A stretch of DNA of 64,000 nt from a bacterium (GTDB lineage: Bacteria; Patescibacteriota; Minisyncoccia; Phycocordibacterales; Phycocordibacteraceae). The stretch is from contig JAJZPB010000002.1 of NCBI GenBank assembly GCA_021811365.1, positions 8,162 to 72,161 of the forward strand. Reading direction: 5' to 3'. The position numbers and the translations under genes are program-made. The number at the start of each line of letters is the position of its first letter. The first letter of the stretch is position 1. The notes under the pieces were generated by a model, which saw only the letters and a list, made by a program, of their open reading frames with translations, searched no databases and had not been told where the DNA came from. Positions 45,787 to 53,811 of the stretch are shown piece after piece.

Positions 45787-46230
45787 TCAGCTGCCCACAT
45801 CTCGCGAGCTCTTAGGCTCGCGTTCGCGCTTCCGCCTCTGCAGTTCGAACGTTTCTTTGCTGACGAGAATTCCATCGTCCTGGTCCTCAATATCGACAAG
45901 CATAGGACTCTCCCGCCGCCTCTGACGCGTGTCCGAATACTCAGATGCCTTTGGTGCGTAGCGCGGGGAGTTGTTCGATAGGAAGTACTTTATTGCTCCC
46001 ATGTCCCCCGCTTTGACTTTGTTCACGAGCTGCATTTCGCCGACGTCGCAGAGGTCTTCCCGGGCGAACTCCATAGTCTCTTCGACGAGACGGCCGAATT
46101 CCGGATTGCGCTTCATCCAGCGGTATATGGTTGAGCGGTCAATGCCGTGCTTACGCGCAACATGCGCGATGAACGGGGTCCTCGCAAGGTCTTCGAGCAC
46201 CTTCTTCCGTATGTTCTTGCTATACGCCAT
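45787..46230 (-). CDS. HTH-domain protein (terminase-small-subunit-like / transposase-HTH-like)
   Basis: IAHVARKHGIDRSTIYRWMKRNPEF is a helix-turn-helix. The C-terminus is acidic/basic. Sits immediately downstream of the ParB-methylase. Confidence 0.5.
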   Translation of the reverse strand: MAYSKNIRKKVLEDLARTPFIAHVARKHGIDRSTIYRWMKRNPEFGRLVEETMEFAREDLCDVGEMQLVNKVKAGDMGAIKYFLSNNSPRYAPKASEYSDTRQRRRESPMLVDIEDQDDGILVSKETFELQRRKREREPKSSRDVGS

Positions 46231-47563
46231 TCACTTTTACGCGCTTCTGCCCCGTGTGCTTTTCCCAGCGATTGAGAATCACCTCTGCGTATACGGGACT
46301 CTTCTCCATGATGCAGCAGCGTCGCCCGAGCGCGACCGACGCCATGAGGGTTGAGCCCGAACCGCCGAACGGCTCGAGCACGAGCTGCCCGCGGCGCGTG
46401 AGCACCTTGATGTACGGGATGAGCAGTGGCAGCGGCTTCACACCGAAGATGATGCCCTGGCCCGAAGACTTCTCGTCAGCGGCATTGTAGTCAAGGAAAT
46501 CGGTCGGGCAGTACTTCTTGTCCTTGCCGTACGGCTCCCAGTGCGGCTTTCCCGCGATACCGAAGAGCGCGGTGCGGTATTCCTCCTCGAACAAACCCTC
46601 CTCGTCGCCCAAGTTAAGGCCGCCGAATTCCTCGGTCGTTCCAACCATGGCGATGTCGTGTTTGCTGAAAAACTTATGCTGTCCGGCATACCCCTGGTTG
46701 CGGTTCGGGAGGTGCCAGACGAGCATGTTGCGCACCTTCCAGTGCTTCTCCATTTCGCCCCACACCTCGCGCAGGTTCTTCCAGTTTTCGTAGCAGATGA
46801 TGGCAAAGTCGGGAGCCGCCACCTTCGCCACGTTATCCATCCAGAGAGTCGTGAAGTCGGGCGGAATTGACTCGGTTTCAAGATATCGACGGTTCTTTTT
46901 CGCGCCAAAGCCTACCGTAGGTTCACCTGCACGCGTCTTGCCGTGGAGATAATCTAAACGGTATGGTGGGTCGGTCATCACCATATCGGCTTTTTCCGTG
47001 CCCATGAGCGCGAGCATGTCGGCTTCGATAGTGCTGTCGCCAATATAGAGACGGGAGCCGTCGAGATCGTACAAGTCGCCCTTCTGGCTCGTTATGGCGC
47101 TGATGCCAGCCTTGCCGAGCGCTTTCTCGAGGTCGAAATGTTCTTCTGCGCTCTCTTCTTCAAAAATCGCATCGAGCTCTTCTGAGCTGAACCCCACCTC
47201 CGTGAGGAACGATTCGTCGAATTCAGCGAGCAGCTCATAGTCCCATTCCCCTACGGCCTTGTTTAGCCTTAGGCATAGGTCTCTTTCCCTTTCGATATCG
47301 GGAATGTCGACGTACACAATGGGGACGAATTCGTACTTAAGCTGCTTGAGCGCCTCGTACCGAAGATTGCCCCCAATAATAATGCCTTCGCGCCCGGGAG
47401 CGTGGTTCACAACGAGCGGGTCGACGACGCCGTGCTTCGCGATGCTGTCGGTTACGGCTTTTTTGGTCGACTCGTCAATTACTCTCGGATTATAGGGGGC
47501 ATGCCTAAGCGAGTCGGTTGGAACGTACTCGATGCGGAGCTCGGTTTGGGTGGTGTTGGCCAT
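46220..47563 (-). CDS. ParB-like nuclease domain fused to DNA methyltransferase (N6-A/N4-C, DPPY type)
   Basis: The N-terminus has ParB N-domain motifs (NPRVIDESTKKAVTDSIAKHGVVDPLVV). The core has DPPY and a C-terminal EPFGGSGSTL SAM-binding motif. This architecture is common on phages and plasmids. Confidence 0.85.
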   Translation of the reverse strand: MANTTQTELRIEYVPTDSLRHAPYNPRVIDESTKKAVTDSIAKHGVVDPLVVNHAPGREGIIIGGNLRYEALKQLKYEFVPIVYVDIPDIERERDLCLRLNKAVGEWDYELLAEFDESFLTEVGFSSEELDAIFEEESAEEHFDLEKALGKAGISAITSQKGDLYDLDGSRLYIGDSTIEADMLALMGTEKADMVMTDPPYRLDYLHGKTRAGEPTVGFGAKKNRRYLETESIPPDFTTLWMDNVAKVAAPDFAIICYENWKNLREVWGEMEKHWKVRNMLVWHLPNRNQGYAGQHKFFSKHDIAMVGTTEEFGGLNLGDEEGLFEEEYRTALFGIAGKPHWEPYGKDKKYCPTDFLDYNAADEKSSGQGIIFGVKPLPLLIPYIKVLTRRGQLVLEPFGGSGSTLMASVALGRRCCIMEKSPVYAEVILNRWEKHTGQKRVKVNGV

Positions 47564-47767
47564 TACGGTTGGGTCTTTAAAGGGGCGCGTTGTAAAAGGA
47601 AGCCCCTCTATCCACACTACGGCCGGTTTTGCGAAATTTGAGAAATTTGACAGGCGTCTAGTTTTAATTTACTGTGCGAACAGCTTCTCGCATGCCAACG
47701 TTCCCAAATAGGGCTGAAACAAGCCGCCTTTGGGAGGCGTATAGGCAAATAGAGTATCCCGTTCCTT

Positions 47768-47950
47768 TTGGAGGCACCCATGCTCGCACGCACCGTCGAC
47801 CACCCCTACATGCTCGCCATGTTCAAGGACCTCGAACTCACCGAAACCGAGATCCGAAACCTCACGACCCAGCGGACTCCGGAACAGGACAGGGCGCATA
47901 CCCCAAACCCCGTTCCCGCACTAGCCCTTCCCGGTCCGGCGGCAAGCTGA
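47768..47950 (+). CDS. Possible small conserved protein (paralogue at 52443-52631)
   Basis: MFKDLELTETEIRNLTT versus MFADLELTQTEIRAYTT are conserved at the amino-acid level between the two duplicated segments, while the nucleotides have diverged. Confidence 0.35.
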   Translation: MEAPMLARTVDHPYMLAMFKDLELTETEIRNLTTQRTPEQDRAHTPNPVPALALPGPAAS

Positions 47951-48018
47951 CCAAGCCAGCAGCCTCTGACTCATCTCACGCCACCCCAGACGCTCGACGT
48001 CCTTGGGGTGGTTTTTCT

Positions 48019-48405
48019 TTAGCGCACCCAGCGCAGCATCGGCGCTTTGGCGCCTTTCGGGAAGTCTTTTTGAAGACGCGGCGCAAATAGAGCGAGGTCG
48101 GTCCTGGAGGACTTCCTCAACTTGGCTATCTCCGCGTCGGTCTCGACGGGCAGGTAGGTGCTGTACTGCGGGTCATCTCCGTCCACCCAGTCTATTTCCT
48201 CGTAGAACTCAAAGAAGTAGCGCTGATCGCACTCCCGGCATCGGAGAAGGTACCGCCAGAAGTGGCTATCCTTGTAGTATGTTTCGAGCAATTCGAACGG
48301 TCCTGAGATCGGTGCGTTCACGAGCTCCGGATACTTCCAGAGCGCGCATTGCGTGGGAGCCTTTAATCGGTTATACGCCGCACTCTCTTTTCTTCTGTTG
48401 GGCAT
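48019..48405 (-). CDS. Hypothetical protein (paralogue of 52702-53103)
   Basis: 128 aa reading ...LWKYPELVNAPISGPFELLETY...RCRECDQRYFFEFYEEIDWVDGDDPQYSTYLPVETDAEIAKL. The second copy is conserved. Confidence 0.5.
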   Translation of the reverse strand: MPNRRKESAAYNRLKAPTQCALWKYPELVNAPISGPFELLETYYKDSHFWRYLLRCRECDQRYFFEFYEEIDWVDGDDPQYSTYLPVETDAEIAKLRKSSRTDLALFAPRLQKDFPKGAKAPMLRWVR

Positions 48406-48420
48406 AGTGGTGATGTGCGT

Positions 48421-48745
48421 TATCGGCTAATCTCCTCGCCGATTCCGCAGACGACTACTATGCAAAAGCGGCTCGGAGTTTTGATCCAGCCCATTGGCTG
48501 AATGAAATCTCCCAACCGCTTTGCGATCAGTCGCGCGCGCCATCTGGCTCCCCGCAGATTTCCCAGTTCGCCTACCCTCATCAGGAGGCGCGCGCGGTCC
48601 GCATTCGGTGCGCGGACTGCACTATTTCCTCTCAAGGAACAACTTAATTGTACCAGAAATGAAGGTAGTAACGGAGTGTCGCATTTGTTGCATTTCCAAA
48701 GACAGACCTTAGACCCGAAGGGTTCCGAATCCACCATTAGAGGAA
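48421..48745. repeat. Non-coding repeat R, copy 1 (copies 2 and 3 at 53105-53445 and 63866-64000)
   Basis: The shared core reads ...gcgatcagtcgcgcgcgccatctggctccccgcagatttcccagttcgcctaccct... An indel between copies 1 and 2 breaks any frame, so the repeat is non-coding. Confidence 0.65.
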
Positions 48746-48781
48746 CCAGGAATAGCCTTATGTTGCCTCAGCGACAAAGTT

Positions 48782-48860
48782 TGAATCCCGAGTGGCCCGC
48801 CCGAAGACTTTTGTATCGGACAGACCCGAGAGTCTTGTTTTGAGCCATTTTACGGTACGC
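48782..48860 (+). repeat. att-like repeat copy d (truncated)
   Basis: tttgaatcccgagtggcccgcccgaagacttttgtatcggacagacccgagagtcttgttttgagcc. It includes a degenerate T-loop/acceptor tRNA 3' fragment. Confidence 0.65.
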
Positions 48861-48951
48861 ATATGAAAAAATCTAGACAACCCCCAACGGGACTCGAGGT
48901 GCTGTTCCATGCCACAAAAAGAATAGTGGCGACCGCAGGGTTCGGTTGCCA

Positions 48952-49518
48952 CTATTTTGGCGTGACAAGGATTGCCTTGCCAGCACCGTAGTCTTTTTTC
49001 ATGTCTGCCAATGTTGCGATTTCAACGTCGCCGCCTCCACCATAGACAGACACATACATTCCGAAACCAACGTATATGGCGGCATGGTGGAAAAATAAGT
49101 CTGAGTCCAGTAAAAATACTATGTTGCCAGGCGTACCTTCCTCAGCTTCACACCAGGACGTATTCCACCACTGGCCCCACTCAAAACCCCAGTGGGGATG
49201 TTGGTCTGATGGAATACCAGCAACAAGACAGGCGAATGCGTAGCAGTCAAAAGTCATGTTCACCTTGGCGTGATGGCAATGAAGAAATTCAACGAGGGCT
49301 TTCTTTGTCTCAGGCGTGAGTACAAGCTTCGTTGAGCAAAACGCCAGATACCAGGGCCGTATAAGAATCTCCACGTCATCAACAGCACGATAGTCCTCGC
49401 GCTCATGGAAGCAGCGTAGCTCGCCTTCTTCTTTAATCATGAGCGGGAAGACTCTCATCCTCCTCCCATCAGCGGTCATGACAGTCTGTTTTCTTGGAGT
49501 GACGAAGATCGTAAGCAC
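48952..49518 (-). CDS. Hypothetical protein with NlpC/P60-like (papain-fold) Cys-His signature
   Basis: TFDCYAFACLVAG (Cys) followed by FHHAAIYVGFGMYV (His), in the order seen in NlpC/P60/LRAT-like hydrolases. No signal peptide. Confidence 0.45.
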   Translation of the reverse strand: MLTIFVTPRKQTVMTADGRRMRVFPLMIKEEGELRCFHEREDYRAVDDVEILIRPWYLAFCSTKLVLTPETKKALVEFLHCHHAKVNMTFDCYAFACLVAGIPSDQHPHWGFEWGQWWNTSWCEAEEGTPGNIVFLLDSDLFFHHAAIYVGFGMYVSVYGGGGDVEIATLADMKKDYGAGKAILVTPK

Positions 49519-49779
49519 GGGGCACCTCCATATGCCAATCTCTTTTCAACAGATACCACAATACTGTAGTCATGTCTATGGCTACGAGTGCCAACGTATT
49601 TGACTCACTTCTTGTCGAATCTCGTCCCACAGGGCCCGCCAAGAAAAGCGCCGAAGGACGCTTTTTGCATGACGGGACCAAGTGAGGCGCGGGACGTCTC
49701 ACGTCCAGGACTCGAAAACCTTGCGAGCATATTTTTGGAGCACTGCGCACTAAAATATCCGCAAGGTGTACTGAACCTG

Positions 49780-49860
49780 TACGGTTCGAGAAAGGTAATC
49801 CTGGTCCTGGTGGGCCCGCCCGTAGTATTATTTTATTTATAGGACAGACCCGAACACTTA
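49780..49860 (+). repeat. att-like repeat copy e (tRNA-Trp 3'-end remnant with internal insertion)
   Basis: ggttcgagaaaggtaatcctggtcctggtgggcccgcccgtagtattattttatttataggacagacccgaacac. Confidence 0.55.
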
Positions 49861-50532
49861 ATGAGCTTCAATAATCCCTTCAAATCTGGCCCGGAGAAAA
49901 AACCAGCTGCGACGGTTGAAGTCGAGCTGGAATATTCCGCTTTCGTTCCACCCGTTTTCCAGGCCGACCCTGTCGGATACTTTGAACGCGAAGGGCAGAA
50001 TATTAAGACTGGAAAAATAAAAACTGACGAAGCTGGCAGGGTTCGCGAAGATACGACGGCAGTAAAGGATTTACCGATTTGGAGAGACGACCATGGCGTA
50101 GAACTTCAGACAGTCGGGCGGCGCGTGGATATTACCAAAGGTGCAGTGGGAGAATCTGGAGATCCTTTTTATGAGTATAAAATCCTTCAACGACTTCATG
50201 GAATGGGATTGCCCGCTGCGCGCCCGATAGCTAAGGCAGAACAAGGAGGCGTGCATATTATCGTCATGGAGCGTATTCCCGGCGTCCGATGGTCAGAGAA
50301 AGAAAGCCTCCAGTTGCGCGAACGTGGGTATTCGAACGAAGACATCACCGAACTCCAAACACAGGCTGAGCAAAAGATGGATCAATTGCGTCAGCAGTTT
50401 GGAGCTGCCGGTGTAGTGCGAGGATGGAAATTGAAGGATATGGTATTTCAGATTGATATTGAAAGTAAGAAGGTTCTTGCTGTTGTACCGACAGACTGGG
50501 AGCGAACTCGAATTGAAGAAAAGGCCGCCTGA
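49861..50532 (+). CDS. Hypothetical protein (possible kinase-like fold)
   Basis: 223 aa, coding-like. ...ILQRLHGMGLPAARPIA...HIIVMERIPG loosely resembles aminoglycoside/choline kinase-like N-lobes. Weak. Confidence 0.45.
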   Translation: MSFNNPFKSGPEKKPAATVEVELEYSAFVPPVFQADPVGYFEREGQNIKTGKIKTDEAGRVREDTTAVKDLPIWRDDHGVELQTVGRRVDITKGAVGESGDPFYEYKILQRLHGMGLPAARPIAKAEQGGVHIIVMERIPGVRWSEKESLQLRERGYSNEDITELQTQAEQKMDQLRQQFGAAGVVRGWKLKDMVFQIDIESKKVLAVVPTDWERTRIEEKAA

Positions 50533-50597
50533 CCCGGAACCTTTGCTGCGACGCGAGGGAATCGGCTAGAACACCCTTATGGCGTGATACTAAAAGT

Positions 50598-50715
50598 CTG
50601 AATCTCGGGTAGCCCGCCAAACATTTTTGTCGGACAAACCTGAGAGCCTTGTTTTATGGCGTTATTATGCAACATGTTTTCAAAAGGCTAGATGAGAGCA
50701 GAGCGATTAGGACTC
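50598..50715 (+). repeat. att-like repeat copy f (diverged full-length copy)
   Basis: ctgaatctcgggtagcccgccaaacatttttgtcggacaaacctgagagccttgttttatggcgttattatgcaacatgttttcaaaaggctagatgagagc aligns along the full length of copy a. Confidence 0.6.
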
Positions 50716-50834
50716 CCCTACTAAAGCACCCCTCGCGTTAATGTGTGCCTTTCGGATGGTTTTGAGGTGTGAAAAAGATCGCCAAGCTTGTGGCTTGGCG
50801 ATCATCGGTGACTTGCGGCAACGTTAGTGCTGGT

Positions 50835-51386
50835 TCACTTCTTCGAATCTTCCCCTTCACACAATCTCGACATGTCTTGCGCTAATGCGCCACTCGCAAT
50901 TCTGCCATGACGACCTAAGTAATCGCCAAAACGGTAGAGTGCACTGGCCGCTGTGTGTCGCGCAATAACGCGCAATGCTTGTTGCTGCCCCGGACGCAGA
51001 TCGCAGTATCGTCGGCGTACTTCGCAACTTAGCTGAACAGTTGCCTTGCTGACTTTGTGCGCCGGTGTCATTTCCAGTGGCAGTGACGTGCTGGTGAGCC
51101 AACTCGTCATAACACCAATGAGAGGACTTAGAAAAGCTACGAGAAAGTATATGCCGCTAAGAATGAGCTTATAGGTGAAGACGTTCGTGTCGTCGAGATT
51201 TGTGTTGGTGAGCACGAGTGCATCCACCAGCTCGTAAATCCCGAGCCCGAACCAGACGAGTGCCCAAGTAAAGGCAACTGCAAAGGCGCGACGAACTCGT
51301 ATGAGTCCGAAAAACGCACCTAAGACAAGCACTATGACCGGAACGGTCACTAATATATCGAACATGACGACCTCCCCTTTGTTCAC
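50835..51386 (-). CDS. Hypothetical membrane protein
   Basis: 183 aa, 3-4 TM helices in the N-terminal half, charged C-terminus. Confidence 0.5.
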   Translation of the reverse strand: MNKGEVVMFDILVTVPVIVLVLGAFFGLIRVRRAFAVAFTWALVWFGLGIYELVDALVLTNTNLDDTNVFTYKLILSGIYFLVAFLSPLIGVMTSWLTSTSLPLEMTPAHKVSKATVQLSCEVRRRYCDLRPGQQQALRVIARHTAASALYRFGDYLGRHGRIASGALAQDMSRLCEGEDSKK

Positions 51387-51498
51387 TCTAGATGAGAGAG
51401 TGTCACGGAGTTAAGCATAAGTCAATAGGACTATTGACGCCACATACAACTTATGATACGGTTTCTATGGTTCTTCGCTCGTCAGGAAGGGGAAACAC

Positions 51499-51735
51499 AT
51501 GCCTGGTTCGCACTTTGTTCGTGCCGTTCATAGGGTCCGCTACCCGGTCGCGGCTGTATGCGGCTTGCTTGCGCTCGTGTTCGCGAGTGCAATACTGCAA
51601 GTTGCGGGGTGGATACCGCGTATTACTGTGCGGACAGATTTCATTCCGGGGCCGGGGTACGACCTCGGCATGACTCTGGCTACCCTGTTCTTCATCTTTT
51701 TGGCTTGGTTCGTCTTCAGGGTTCCGAAACACTAA
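51499..51735 (+). CDS. Possible small membrane protein (78 aa)
   Basis: Two hydrophobic helices. Weak. Confidence 0.3.
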   Translation: MPGSHFVRAVHRVRYPVAAVCGLLALVFASAILQVAGWIPRITVRTDFIPGPGYDLGMTLATLFFIFLAWFVFRVPKH

Positions 51736-51860
51736 TGGCCGATTGTCCGGTGGAAGCATACTTCCACCGGACAATTTCTATTTCCATCACCGTGATGGAC
51801 CAGTCCCAGGGCAAAGATTTTCTGCATTAGGTAAGTATTCGATTTAGAATAATCTCTCGT

Positions 51861-51960
51861 TTGACCTCGTCCCACAAGGCCCGCCACACACTTTTTTATA
51901 GGTGTCAACCCGAAGGCCCAAATCCCCTACCCTCGGACTTTTTTTGTGTAGACCCAAAGG
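51861..51960 (+). repeat. att-like repeat copy g (paralogue of copy c, two degenerate cores)
   Basis: cgccacacacttttttataggtgtcaacccgaaggcccaaatcccctaccctcggactttttttgtgtagacccaaagg. Confidence 0.6.
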
Positions 51961-52028
51961 ATTCAATTGCTTTTTGCAATCCTTAAAAAAAATAGATTCG
52001 ACGCACCTATAACTTACTTCCTTACACG

Positions 52029-52247
52029 TCAGCAAACAACTCCGCCGCCAATAATGATGCCTTCGCGCCCGGGAGCGTGGTTCACAACGAGCGGGTCGAC
52101 GACGCCGTGTTTCGTACTGCTCTCTACAATCGCCCTTTTGGTTGAGTCATCGACGACTCGCGGATTGTACGGCGCGTGCGTGAGTGAGTCAGTCGGAACG
52201 TATTCGATACGGAGTTTTGTTTGTGCGGTGGTGGCCATGGTGAGCGT
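52029..52247 (-). pseudogene. Truncated N-terminal fragment of a ParB-like/methyltransferase gene (paralogue of 46220-47563)
   Basis: MATTAQTKLRIEYVPTDSLTHAPYNPRVVDDSTKRAIVESSTKHGVVDPLVVNHAPGREGIIIGG, then an immediate stop. The nucleotide sequence matches about 47380-47565. Confidence 0.7.
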
Positions 52248-52442
52248 AAATAGCAAGGTGTGATAATGGAATGTCCTCTCTTTATGGGAGTGGTGAATTT
52301 GCAAAATTAGAACCATTTGACACCGTCCGTGTTGTAATTTACAATACATACAGCTTCTCGCACGACACGCTTCCCAAAGGGGCTGAAACAAGCCATATTC
52401 TGGCAGCGTATACATAAACGGAGACCAAAACGTTCCTTTTCC

Positions 52443-52631
52443 ATGGAGGCAGCATTGCCCAACACAGCGCCCAATGTCGACCCGTTCATCGCTGAGATGT
52501 TCGCGGACCTCGAACTCACCCAAACAGAGATCCGGGCCTACACAACTCACCCGTCCCGGGAGGGGCAGAACCAAGCGCGGAAGCCTAGCCGTGACTATGA
52601 GACTCCTCCCCGTTCGGAGGCGGCATGCTGA
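52443..52631 (+). CDS. Possible small conserved protein (paralogue of 47768-47950)
   Basis: See 47768-47950. Confidence 0.35.
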   Translation: MEAALPNTAPNVDPFIAEMFADLELTQTEIRAYTTHPSREGQNQARKPSRDYETPPRSEAAC

Positions 52632-52701
52632 CGAAATCAGCTTGTTCTTCCATCACCTGTGCCACCCCAAAGCGCTTAACGGCGTTGGGGGTGGCTTTTC
52701 T

Positions 52702-53103
52702 TTATTGCACCCAGCGCAGCGTCGGCTCCTTGGCGCCCTTTGGGAAGTCCTTCTGGAGGCGTGGCGTGAATTGAAGGAGTTCAACCTGCGTGGCGTTTTG
52801 CAACTTTGCTATTTCCGCGTCGGTCTCGACGGGCAGGTAGGTGCTGTACTGCGGGTCCTCGCCGTCGACCCAGTCGATCTCTTCGTAGAACTCAAAGAAG
52901 TAGCGCTGCCCGCACTCGCGACATCGGAGAAGGTACCGCCAGAGGTGGCTATCCTTGCTATATGTTTCGAGCAATTCGAACGGTCCTGAGATCGGTGCGT
53001 TCACGAGCTCCGGATACTTCCAGAGCACACACTGGGTGGGGGTGCGCAGTTGATTATATGCTGAGCACGTTTTCTTTTTGTTAGTCATAGCGATGATGTA
53101 CAA
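52702..53103 (-). CDS. Hypothetical protein (paralogue of 48019-48405)
   Basis: 133 aa with the same LWKYPELVNAPISGPFELLETY...RCRECGQRYFFEFYEEIDWVDGEDPQYSTYLPVETDAEIAKL core. Confidence 0.5.
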   Translation of the reverse strand: MYIIAMTNKKKTCSAYNQLRTPTQCVLWKYPELVNAPISGPFELLETYSKDSHLWRYLLRCRECGQRYFFEFYEEIDWVDGEDPQYSTYLPVETDAEIAKLQNATQVELLQFTPRLQKDFPKGAKEPTLRWVQ

Positions 53104-53104
53104 T

Positions 53105-53445
53105 ATCGGCTAATCTCCTCGCCGGTTCCGCAGACGACTTCAATGCAAAAAGCGGCTCGGAGTTTTGATCCAGCCCATTGGCTGAATGAAATCTCCCAAC
53201 CGCTTTGCGATCAGTCGTGCGTACCATCTGGCTCCCCGCAGATTTCCCAGTTCACCTACCCTTTCGGGAGGTACGCACGGTCCGCAGTAAGTGCGCGAAC
53301 TGCACGATTTCCTTTCAAGGAACATCGTAAGTATACCAGAAAGGTGGTCGTAAACAGAGTATTGGATGTGTTGCATTCTCCACAAGCGGCGCCGGAGAGT
53401 AAACCCGAAGGGCTTTGCGTCGCTACCGAAGAAAGTCAAGAATAG
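53105..53445. repeat. Non-coding repeat R, copy 2
   Basis: Aligns with 48421-48745 for most of its length (copy 1 diverges in the last ~100 nt) and with 63866-64000 over the shared core. Confidence 0.65.
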
Positions 53446-53464
53446 TCCTGTACTGCCCTGACGA

Positions 53465-53520
53465 TATAGTTTGAATCCCGAGTTTGCCGTCCGAAGACTT
53501 TCCTATCTTTGTAACCTGAG
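53465..53520 (+). repeat. att-like repeat copy h
   Basis: tagtttgaatcccgagtttgccgtccgaagactttcctatctttgtaacctgag. Confidence 0.55.
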
Positions 53521-53811
53521 ATCTAGAATCTACATGCAATGAGTCACGTCAGTGAAATAAACCTGTCGTCTTTCCGCTCAAATACCGCAAAGCATTCCTG
53601 ACGCCACACAGCAGCAGAGCAATTCTGAAAAACGTCAAAGAAGTCGAAGAGCGATACGATATGGGGATATTGGAAAACAATCGAACGGTACGTCGCGAAC
53701 CAGGAAAGTTGGCGGACCCAGCTTAGCTCACGCTCTGGCATTGAGCCCAAGCATAGCGTCATACCCCGTCGCTTCGGCGGGGTTGTTGATTCGGAAATAG
53801 CGATGAATAGC

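Larger units (their letters stand above)
26516..53520. mobile_element. Composite array of integrated cassettes/elements at tRNA-Trp, delimited by >=8 degenerate direct repeats of the tRNA-Trp 3' end plus downstream flank
   Basis: Repeat copies seen at about 26508-26625, 27767-27880, 29461-29570, 48782-48860, 49780-49860, 50598-50715, 51861-51960 and 53465-53520. Cargo is accessory: defence genes, a serine recombinase, duplicated fragments. It probably extends to the window end. Confidence 0.6.

Noticed and set aside
53143-53445. 100-aa plus-strand ORF (and 48502-48843 in copy 1) inside repeat R
   Set aside because: A 1-nt indel between copies 1 and 2 and divergent downstream translations show the repeat is conserved at the nucleotide level, not as a protein.
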